Source of the DNA: Basidiobolus meristosporus CBS 931.73
Taxonomy: Eukaryota; Fungi; Basidiobolomycota
Assembly (NCBI GenBank): GCA_002104905.1
Contig: MCFE01000063.1
Span: forward strand, 1-64,000
DNA: 64,000 bases
Direction of reading: 5' to 3'
Part shown: one piece after another, positions 14,312-24,680 of the stretch
Layout of the letters: the number at the start of each line of letters is the position of its first letter
Numbering within the stretch: position 1 is the first letter of the stretch
Notes under the pieces: model-generated
What the model was told of the DNA's origin: nothing
Seen by the model: the letters and a program-made list of their open reading frames with translations, nothing else
The model's database searches: none
Made by a program: the position numbers and the translations under genes

Positions 14312-15299
14312 ATGATCTCACCGAAAGTGCTGGATTTCTTTGCTTTTGTCGAAGGAAGCGTAGAAGCGCGTTTCCTTTACATCTCGAACGGGGTTACCGA
14401 ACTGCTGGGGTATCGCCCCGACGAATTAATCGGCCAAAAAATGGTGGATTACTGTCATCCAGATCAAACCTCCTCCATTGACCTTTTCGCAGCTTTTACC
14501 ATGGTTCGAGATATATTTCTGTCGGGTTCCACCTTTCACATAAAACACAAGAACGGAACCTGGGTTCACGTCGAGGTGATGAGCTCGTGCTGCTATACCA
14601 AAAGAGTTCTTAGGTTTGCGCCTGTTGATCAATGCAGTAAGTACCGTATTACAGGTCGACTATTGACTTCATTCTAGACGTTAACTGGGAGTGAAGAGCC
14701 TCATAGGAAAGTCGATGAATGGTTCGAGTTCAGCCTTCGCGGAGATGTATCAGTTAAAGTACGCAAATTCCGAAATAGACATTCTCTCAAGGGGCGCGTA
14801 ACTAACTTCTCAACAGAATTGGAAACAGAGTCACGAGAACCTGCTGAATGAGCTGCATCAGCGATTGGTGAGGAGTCAAGATATACCGATCAATTCTGAG
14901 CCGCGCGTATGCTTTGTACTTGAGCGTGGCAAAGACCATCCGGCAATAATCTATTCTTCGCCCTCAGCCGAGTTTTTGTTAGGGATCCCTAGCGCGGAGC
15001 TTACTGGCTCGCAGCTTGTCACATTCCTCCACCCGGAAGAAATCCCTGTGATTATTGATAGAATGAAGCAGGTTCAGGAGGATTCATCGGTTTCCACCGT
15101 TGTGCTTCACTTCTTTTCACCAACATTTACTTGGGTCAAATTAGATGGGGTATTCTGGGCTACGCAGGATAGTCTCATATTAGTGGTGCGCTCTTACAAG
15201 CCGAAAATGCACCAGAGGCCATGGCGATTCTTGTTAGACTCTGGAACTGATACCACCAGTGAGGCAGAGCTGATGGAGTTCGCAGCCGAGACTGAGTGA
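14312..15299 (+). CDS. Tandem PAS-domain protein without an output domain
   Basis: PAS1: FLYISNGVTELLGYRPDELIGQKMVDYCHPD. PAS2: EPRVCFVL..IIYSSPSAEFLLGIPSAELTG..LVTFLHPEE. Inferred introns ~14637-14696 and 14759-14816. Confidence 0.75.
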
Positions 15300-16056
15300 A
15301 TGTGCTCCTCAAGCTGGTAGATAGGTTTATTAATTCCGTATGTGCAGAGAATAAACTTAAGGCGCTGATATTCCATTCCGCCCTGGATTTCACATCTCTT
15401 CTGGATACAACCCTTCATGCAAGCTGGTTGATTTCGATTCACATGTTCAGTTTCTGAAACATTTCGCAATCAGCAACACATAGCCCGTGACGCCTTTCTA
15501 TGCTTGCCATATGTCAGCTGGGTATGGGTACTGGCTATGCTGTGATTTGCTTAGTATACATTCCCCGAGTAAACGGCCAACCAGTTCGGCAGTGTGGGCC
15601 CTCCATAAACAAATGGCGTAAGTCCACCAATACACGCATTTGTGACCACAAAACAACACCCCAATGTTATGCGTTGGTGTCGAAACTTGGAAACAGACGC
15701 TGTGTTGCGGGGGGAGTGTGCTTTTACGGATAAAGGCCATGCTGCGATCGGAACAAATGCACTTACCGCGCACAAACGAGTGTCCATTATGTGGCATACT
15801 CAACTGTACCCCGGGTACTAAGGATATCTGAGCAGAGTCGACACTTGCACCGGGAAATAATGGGGATTACCTTATTTCCTGTCGTTTCAAATAAAGTTAG
15901 AGCAACATCTGAAACGTTTGACAAATTGTAAAGATAGTGGTCTTGTTAGAGAGTCTTCCAGGCCGGGGTGGCGATCGCGCCCGCTATATAAGGTGCCTCG
16001 GTGAGTGAGTCCAGCCAAGATCTTCAATTTAGACAACTCAGTTATTGGTTAAAGTT

Positions 16057-16827
16057 ATGAGCCATTTTTCCAAGTCAACCAACGTCCTTGCTGTCAAAGC
16101 CCCCAAGATCGCGAAAAAATCGGGGCATAGAATAAAGTCTGAACCAGCGCTAACGGAGTTGGAGGTCCAACCTGGCCACGAAGAGGTTTTGAACGAAAAG
16201 CTCGTGGCGCATTTGATCAAGTATTTAGATTTCAACACCTTGATTAGTGCCATGGAGACCTGCAAAACCTGGTGGAAGTTGGGGGTTCCGGTAATCCAGG
16301 AACATCTGAAAGGGAGTAAATTCACCTTATTGCTACAGCAGGAGTGCCGTTTGAAACATACCGTTGAATTCCACTTCGAGATGATTGATCCTTCTTCGGG
16401 GCAGGTGATATTCATGGCAAGCAATCCCAGTCCACGCAGATACTACCACGGCTCACCTCAGCCTGACGTGACAGATTTCACTTTCATCCAGCAGTCCACC
16501 CAGACCATCCTCACCACGAAGAGCTACTTCACCGACACCAAGCGTGGTGGGATCAAAGGAACCTCACACCCGCTGGATGGTAAAAGGCCCACTGTCCCGA
16601 AGTCCTGGGAGTTCTTTTATAGAGTAGTTGAAGACGGCAAAGAGCGCTGGATATACCCTGTCACATTCCAATGTGATCTATGCTTTTTGTCCACCCCAGA
16701 GCCCGCCTCACCTACCACCGTGGACAGGATTACCAACTGGATCAGGAGAATCCCCAGCAACCAACAGATCCATCGCAAAAACAGTACCAAGTCGCTCATT
16801 CGAAGGAAAACCTTGTCAGCGGCATAA
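16057..16827 (+). CDS. F-box-like protein
   Basis: Single ORF. LNEKLVAHLIKYLDFNTLISAMETCKTWWKL fits the F-box consensus; the C-terminal region is unrecognised. TATATAA lies upstream (~15985). Confidence 0.65.
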   Translation: MSHFSKSTNVLAVKAPKIAKKSGHRIKSEPALTELEVQPGHEEVLNEKLVAHLIKYLDFNTLISAMETCKTWWKLGVPVIQEHLKGSKFTLLLQQECRLKHTVEFHFEMIDPSSGQVIFMASNPSPRRYYHGSPQPDVTDFTFIQQSTQTILTTKSYFTDTKRGGIKGTSHPLDGKRPTVPKSWEFFYRVVEDGKERWIYPVTFQCDLCFLSTPEPASPTTVDRITNWIRRIPSNQQIHRKNSTKSLIRRKTLSAA

Positions 16828-17250
16828 GCAACCAATCCTTGCGAGTCCGAGTATAGAGTTAGATGCAATGATTCCCGAGCAACCTCCTATCCCCTATTCT
16901 CTAGTCGATCCTGGAGAGTGCAATTTGTTATTTCAGTAACATCAGTGTAATAAACCTACTCAAAGAAGCACGAATATTGCCCTGCCTAGCATGCTGCTGT
17001 TTTGACAGATCCCGGTACCATGCCATGCAGAAACTGTTGGTTTTCTTTCCTTGCACAAAGGGGATCAGACTCGCTCGAGAAGTTTTGGATGGTATATGTT
17101 CGTTTGTGATTTATTGGACGTGGTTAATGTTTACAAAGTGATGAGATAGTGTTAACTTCGGTTAATTGCATGTCATAACACATGAAGTCTAAATTGATTT
17201 GATAAATTGGGAAATGGCTTTGCACTGACGAAGGGGTGTACACCCCAGAT

Positions 17251-18805
17251 TCACACTTGCTCCATCGTTACGTGTCTCGGAATTTTGGTTTCAGGTACGA
17301 AGAATAGGACGTATAAGGCGCAGCATCCAGTACTAATGGCAAATGGAAGGAATGCCCAGTTACCCAGGAACAATCTCACCGTAGGAAATACAAACCCAAT
17401 GATAAAATTGCAGAACCAATTGATGGCGCTACACAACGAGGCGCCAGTGCCCAAGGCTGCTGGTGGAAGCAGCTCCGGGACCAAAAGCCACGGTAGGGGA
17501 CCAAGACCAGTTCCAAAGCAGCCAACAAACAACATCACCGATATCATCACCATTACATTGACACGAGCGATGGTGGCTACAACAATCAAAATGGAAGCCA
17601 GACACATGCCAAAGCTACTAACCAGCATCAGAGGCTTGCGGCCTACACGATCCACTGTGATGGTAGAAAGCAGCGATACCGTAATGTTTGTGACAGCAAC
17701 CAGCAACGTGAATATCCCAGAATTCTTCGAGCCAAGGACCGATTGGAAGATCGAGGTTGAATAATACACGACGGCGTTGATCCCACACAGCTGTTGGAAC
17801 ATATGGATTACAAGAGCGTTTAGAAGCCCTCGTCGTGCCTCGGATTCCTTGAGAATATCTTTGATCCCCATCTTTTTAACGGGGCGCGTTGCAGTGTTGA
17901 TTTTTTCGTCCGCAGTGTTTGATGGAGGGGAGCAATTTTTAAGGCACAGCATGTCAAACTCGCGCTCAATGTTGTGGCCTTCGCGGAGCGCATGCAGGGC
18001 GCTTCGTGCTTCATTTTTACGGCCTTGAGTCAATAGCCAGGCCGGTGTCTCCGTACAGAACAACAGAAGAACCGTTTGGAGCAGACAAGGAACAGCAGTC
18101 AAAGAGAAAAGTATTCTCCATCCTGGCACGTAGGTGAGCACCAGGGACAATCCTTGTGCTACAAGAACACCACTCACCACTGATATTTGGGCCATGGTGC
18201 CGATCATTCCTTTGTAGCGGAGAGGGGCAATTTCCGAATTGTATACTGCAACAAACACACTGGCAGATCCAGCTCCCAGACCGGCAAAGAATCTTCCAAG
18301 GATCAACTGGGGTACACTTGTAGATGTGCACATCAAAATACCGGCAATGATTATGTTTATGTTGTTCAACCACAGCGCTTTTTTTCTTCCGAAGTAGTCG
18401 ATGATGGATCCAGCCCCAAGACCAGCGACCAAAGAACCAAGTGCGAATATAGCTAAAGTAAACCCCCTGCATTTCGCAATAGATCAGTAACCGTTTCACG
18501 CCGGTGACGTAATGAACAAAGATTTACCAAACGATGGGCGTCATAGGAAGACATGGTGGAAGTATAGAAGGAGGGTAATCTTCGGGGTTACACCCAACAA
18601 TGACACGTTGTGGTGTGTTTGGAGATCCAGCATTAAATCCAGTAATGAAGGTTGAGAGCGCTGCTGTAAACACGCTGAAGGCGATGTAAGGGCTAACGCC
18701 GCAATCGGTTGAGTTATAAGTATACACCTCGATCTCGAGGTGTTCCTTCGGGTAGTTTAAGACCTTCGAAGGAGTGACGGTCCGAATGTCGGTTTTGCCT
18801 TTCAT
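17251..18805 (-). CDS. MFS sugar porter (GLUT-like hexose transporter)
   Basis: DYFGRKK, SEIAP..YKG, ETPAW, QQLCGINAVVYYS, DRVGRKP, GLGPLPW and VPETK signatures. Intron 18467-18527. Confidence 0.9.
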
Positions 18806-20544
18806 TGTGATTAATCTTTAGTCCGGATTTTTAATGGATGTCAAACAGATAATCCATTCAACCTGTATGCTCAATGGCACGAGGGAATGGGCTTTTATAG
18901 AGCCCATTACTGGTGGGAGCCACCAATGATAAGCGATAATGCGAAGGTTGGGAGCTGATGGCCACTGGAGAAAGGCAGCTGGGTATACAGAAGAAGGTAC
19001 ATCATGTTCTTCCTCGCATTACCCACAAAAACAAATCACTGAGGCTTATGCAGATCGGGTTTGGCATTCTCATCACAAAATAGTGGAAGCGTGATACGCT
19101 CCTGATATGCGAATGTTACTCATTATTATCCTCACGAAGCCTATCATTTACACTCCAACATCCATCATAGTATGAAGTTTTGCTGATTAGTAGATGGACT
19201 CCAGCTTTGATACCCAATGGAGCAAATATTCATGGCATCACACCATATAACTGAAGCAGATCGACGTAGTATATCCTTAATGCGATCATTGCTCCTCGAA
19301 CCCAAACTTATGCATCTTGAAACAGCCCGACTTCCATAGGTAAAGCAGAGAGGAACCACTAAGCGTTAGGAAAAGCTCATCCAGCTCTATTTTCTGATTC
19401 AACAGCTTGTCAAAGCACCTCCATACATACAATCTTAGCAATGCCAAAGATGGGATCCAGGGACAATAGTTGCAGGATTTCCGAACTGAGCCGTTGACCG
19501 CAAGCCTTACGATAGCTCCATAACGGGCGGACATTCTGAACACCATCCAACATTGCATGGTAAACCTGGGGACAAGCCATTCCGGGTATATCGCGCCGCA
19601 TTCGGCTTTGGATGATTTGCGAAGGATATATCGTTTGACTCAGAAGGGACAGACAAACGATGGCCATCGCATAATTACTTCGTAAAGAGTCCAAATACGG
19701 AAACATTCATACCTTGTACCAGCTCCTTCCCCATTGCGGCCTTCATGTGAGTGGGTTCGAATCGCAGGGCCTGCGGTGACTTGCGGGTTGGCGGTGACAC
19801 CGCTCTACCATCATAAACCATTGCTAACCTTGGTCCTAGTCCTAATCCCTAGAGCTTGGACTAGGGCCGGCTGGTCACAAATTTTGCTTGCATTTCAAAT
19901 CATGACCCACAGCATCTCGTGCATTCTGAAACCGGTCATTCTTCAACATGACTGGGTTCCGGAGCTATCAGTGGAGCGAAATTTCTCCGGAGGGACTGAA
20001 GCAGATACCAGCCTGGCAATGTTACCTATTCAGGCTTGCATTGAATCAGGATCCACGGGTTTCACCGCAGCCAGGAAACCCACCTATGCTACATCGGCCT
20101 CACCAACATATGATCTTTAGTGTGAATCGATGGACCAATACTGCGGACGGTGGATCGTCAACATCAGCGTATCACCAAGTCTCCGGTCGACCTTCATCTT
20201 GCTCCCTCCTCCCTCTTGCATTCCATCCTCGCGAGGAAACTGGCATTGACGGCGGAAGTTCCTGGAATTCAGTGCAAACAATGCGGTCGGTTTACGTCAG
20301 CGACGGTGCACCCGTACCAATGACATTCAACGCAAGTATATCTGAGCCACATTTGCGGTCGATCGGATGGAAGCATTCGGGTGAGCTCGATGTGACAAGC
20401 CTATTTCAGTCAAAACAAATGGTGTATACAGATATGTGTGGCATTAACCAAGTGGAGTGAACATCTAAATCCAGACATGCTCTATTTTCAGTATCAAGGA
20501 AACATTGGAGACCCTGGATTGGGTCTAGACTTGAAACAATCCCA

Positions 20545-21254
20545 TGTTGCTGGTGATAATGGTTGAATTACACCTAATCCCACGTGCACTCAATACAGTG
20601 GATTGCTGGTGACCTTTGACTGCTCTAATTCTTGTAATTCCACCAACGCATTCCATTGACTTGGACACCTTGATTATATCTTACAAACCTTGGTGCTTCT
20701 TGCCCAAATTTTTTGTTGAGGAATAATTGGAATTCTAACCAGATGTTAGGTACTCAGGGCATGAAGATTCTCAGAGTTGTCCATGTTGGAAGGGTTTTGG
20801 AGATACTTGAGGTGATTGGGAAATCAAGTAGATTATATGGTTTTCACTGGACAATTTATTGAATTTAAAGTAGCTCACCTTCATATGGCACTGGCAGACA
20901 CATATGCACAATATGATCAGGAAGATTCCAAGATCATGTGTGCAAAGTTAGGCGGTTTTTGGGCAACTCACAATATCCACCAACATCTGAGGTACCCAGG
21001 ATATGAAAAAACTTAGAATATTTTCACCAAAATATTGGGTACCCATTAAATGAAAACTCTCAAAGTTTTCCAAACAGCCCCAAAATTTGCACACATGCTC
21101 TTGGGACCTTTCTAGACCTATTCTACATGTTTATTATGCCAACACCATGTAAAAGTATAAATACTACTTTTACACTCAATAAATCATTAAGTGAAAACCA
21201 CAAAATCTACTTGTCCTCCCATTCACTTTCAGTATCTCCAAAGCTCTTACAACA
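20545..21254. mobile_element. Composite of decayed Copia LTR fragments (forward ~20545-20783, reverse 20784-~20970, forward ~21011-21254)
   Basis: Segments align by eye to the 350-bp LTR at 24319. The last fragment ends in ..CTCTTACAACA at 21254. The 20545 start is approximate. Confidence 0.75.
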
Positions 21255-22307
21255 GCTGGGGGATTCTGATAGAAACCTAGTTGGTAAAGAGCTTTTTAGG
21301 TATTTTACTGCTTTTGTTGCCTCACAGGCCACTGTTTACTTTGCCTACAGAGTGGAAAAGGCTATGATGGGGAGTATCTGTGATTCCTATAAGATTGCAC
21401 CTTTACAGTTAATCAAGGTGCATTCTGTTCCATATTAAAGTGCCTGCTATTAACCAGTTAAAAGGCTATTGCTAATGCAAGATCCTAGGACTGAGAGGCA
21501 TCAATGCCATCATGACCTAATACTAAACCATCCAGGTTAAGTTGCCCTATGGCATTATGCCACTGTGCTCACACATGTTTCTATATATCCTAGCCTTCAG
21601 CCAGTAGAATAAAATCTAGCACTTCATCTGCCACACTTTGAAACATTTCCAGGCAATTTCATGTACATTCTGCTTGGCACTGCTCTTGAAGATATGCCAC
21701 CACCTCTTTGTGGTAACACTACTATTCTAATATTTTACTCTGGTTTGTTTGATATATGTTGTGCTTGTTGGTTTTGTAGCATTGCTTGTTGGTGGGATTT
21801 ACATAGTATCTACTACTAAGGTGATGGAGGCTATTGTAGATATACTCTATACTTTACAAGCTTATCAGCCTCACTAGAAATTTTCTCAGCTGAATATAGC
21901 TGTAGTCTTGTTGGTAGTTCTTCCTGACTATTATGGGTTTGGGCCAGTCTTTGCTTGCAGCATCAGCTATAGCAATATACAGTATTTGCCTTACATGTCT
22001 CTGTCTTTGCCTTAAGTGGGTTTTGCTTCTTTTCCTTGGTTTTGTCACCATCAGGACCCTGACTGATACCTTGATTGGGCAGTCTAAGAGAGAATATCAG
22101 TTATAGGCTAACTCAATATCATCACAACATGACCCTATGTAGAAATTTAACAAAAGGCTAGTGAATCAATATCATTATACCAGCTGAATTCCAAACTTTT
22201 CCAAACTTGCAACTCTGAATATGTCTGGCTTTATCCATTTCACAGTGAAGTGTACATATTTTCCAGAAGGAGACCTGACTTGGTAGCCTTCCACCCATAT
22301 TGGCAGT

Positions 22308-22656
22308 TGTTGTAAGAGTCTTGGAAATATTGGAAGTGTATGGGAGGACAAGTAGATTATGTGGTTTTCACTTAATGATTTATTGTATATTAAAGTAGTA
22401 TTTATACTTTTACATGGTGCTGGTATATCAAGTATGCAGAATAGGTTTAAAAAGGCTCCAAGAGCATGAGTGCAAAGTTTGGAGCTGTTTGGACAACTTT
22501 GAGAATTTTTATGTTCTGGCTATCAGATATTTCAGTGAAAATATTGCAAGTAAATCCCAACAAGGAATTTGATCAGTATTCTCTAAGATATGTAGGTAGT
22601 GGTCCAAGTTACTAAGTTAGGCAAGTACTCAGGTGGAATTATGTATTTTTACAACA
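22308..22656 (-). mobile_element. Solo Copia LTR, reverse orientation (349 bp)
   Basis: TGTTGTAAGAGTC...TTTTTACAACA is the reverse complement of the family LTR. The flanks (GCAGT/TTTGA) show no TSD. Confidence 0.85.
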
Positions 22657-24235
22657 TTTGAATGGGGAACTTGATGAGGATATGTACATGGACTCTCCAT
22701 ATGTATTTGTTGGCCAGGATTATCCCTGTTTGGTCTGTAAGCTTAAAAAATCTCTAAATGGTCTCAAACAACTACCAAGACACTGGAATTGCAAGATAGA
22801 TACTTAAATGGTATCCCTCAGTTTCCAAAGAAGTACTGCTGACTACAGTATATACTATAAGTCAGATAGAGCAAATCCATATCTATCAGCTCTATGTATG
22901 AATTATTGTGTTTTAGTCACCAACAATCAACAAATATTGGATGATACTAAATCCAGCCTGTCCCAGGAGTTTAAAATGTCCAATCTAGGAGAGCTCAGTT
23001 ACTACTAAGGGACAAAGTCCTCTTCAGACAGAAGCACCCAGACCTTGACCCTAAGCCTGTCCAAGTGTGATTAAAATATAGTTGGGAAGTACCAAAAGGA
23101 AGACTGTAAACTGGCAGATACCCCATGTTCTAATTGTTAAGTTGTCACCTAAATATTTATGCTACTTGGTCACATAGATCTTATTCTGTGATTAGCATTC
23201 TGTGCTGACTATATCTCTTGCATAAATTGACTTGGGATATTTTCACTAAATCAGGTACCCAGATTATGACCTTTCAAAGTTGTCCAAAAGATCCCAATTT
23301 TTGCACATATACTCTTGGGACCTTCCTTAACAAATTCTACAAATTTGTATGCCTTAAATTGTCACAAGTATTAATACCATACTTTTGATAAGTGAATCTA
23401 CCAGTAAATATCATGTAAATCCTGTAGCTCCCCACATTACTTCCAATCTTCCTCAGAATACTGTAACACCCCAATGAAGACAAGCCTTTACTTGGACAGA
23501 ACTCAACCAAATCAAGAGAGCTTGATGCCATCTGAAAGCCTAGACCTCCCTTTCCAATCCATGGTTGACAGTTTGAAGTATATCATGCAAGGGACATGTC
23601 CAGATATTTATATTAAGTGGGAGTCTTTAGCCAGCACAATCAGAACTACGGATCTGATCATATTGCTGCAGTTGAGCAGATTTCTAGATGCTTAAAAGGA
23701 GCTGCTGATATCTGCCTAAGAACAGTTATAAGATTCAGAACATGACCTTGTAGTATACTCTGATGCTGGTTGGGGACAAAACTTAGAAGACAAAAGATAT
23801 AACACAGGAGATACCTTTCTTTAATGTCAAGGAGCAATTTCATGGAATTCAAGAAAGCAACTGACCATATTGCTTTCCACTACAAAGGCAGAGTGCATGG
23901 CACACTGTGAGGAAACAAAAAAAGCAATGTGTCAAAGAATGGTTTTAGAGACTTGGACTTATTTCAAGATAATTTAGGATATATACATTTGGGTAGGAAT
24001 CCAACATTTCATGCTAGCACTAAGCACATAGATACTAGATATCACTTCATACATAAAGCTATAGAGAATAGCTTAGTTAACTTAGTTTACTGGAAGATAA
24101 CTTGGTTGACTTATTTTACTATCCCACAAATGAAATGATTGCAGACATATTTGTCAGGCCATTAGCTAGAGACAAGTTTCAATATCTCAGATCACAATTG
24201 GGACAAGAGTATATGAGTATTTAATTCAGTGGGAG
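22657..24235 (+). pseudogene. Decayed Copia RT-RNase H relic (older relative of the intact element)
   Basis: Aligns to ~27425-28655 (NGELDED, KLKKSL.GLKQ, MSNLGELSYY, FHASTKHID) with stops and frameshifts. Ends in PPT CAGTGGGAG before an LTR at 24236. Confidence 0.9.
23126..23468 (+). mobile_element. Old divergent solo LTR inserted in the RT relic, TSD CCCCA
   Basis: TGTT...TAACA, 343 bp, flanked by CCCCA at 23121-23125 and 23469-23473. Removing it rejoins GATACCCCA|ATG, matching GCTACCCCAATG of the intact RT. Confidence 0.85.
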
Positions 24236-24318
24236 TGTTGTAAAAGTTTTTAATTGAACCAAGACACTTACCTAACTTGGCCACTTAGATCATTACCTAC
24301 AAATCCTAGGGAATTCTG

Positions 24319-24668
24319 TGTTGTAAAAATTCGTATTTTCCACCTAAATATTCACCTAACTTAGTCACTTAGATCATCACCTTCAAATCCTAGAGAATAC
24401 TGACCAAATTCCTTGTCGGGATTTACTTAGAATATTTTCACCAAAATACCAAGTACCCAGAACATGAAAATTCTCAAAGTTGTCCAAACAGCCCCAAACT
24501 TTGCACACATGTTCTTGGGACCTTCCTTAACCTATTCTACGTGTTTGTAATGCCAAGACCATGTAAAAGTATAAATACTACTTTTACATTCAATAAATCA
24601 TTAAGTGAAAACTACATAATCTACTTGTTCTCCAAATCACTTCCAATATCTCCAAGACTCTTACAACA
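24319..24668 (+). repeat. 5' LTR
   Basis: 350 bp, identical to 28656-29005. TATAAATA at 24570-24577 and AATAAA at 24592-24597. Confidence 0.97.
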
Positions 24669-24680
24669 GGTTATGAGCCC
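24669..24680 (+). promoter_or_regulatory. Primer-binding site GGTTATGAGCCC (tRNA-iMet anticodon-arm / half-tRNA type)
   Basis: Directly abuts the LTR end. It is the reverse complement of GGGCUCAUAACC, the anticodon arm of fungal initiator tRNA-Met, as used by Ty5 and Drosophila copia. Confidence 0.85.

Noticed and set aside
21255-21295. tRNA-like look (GGGGATTC..AGTTGGTAAAGAGC) after the LTR at 21254
   Set aside because: No cloverleaf, T-loop or acceptor-stem pairing could be built.
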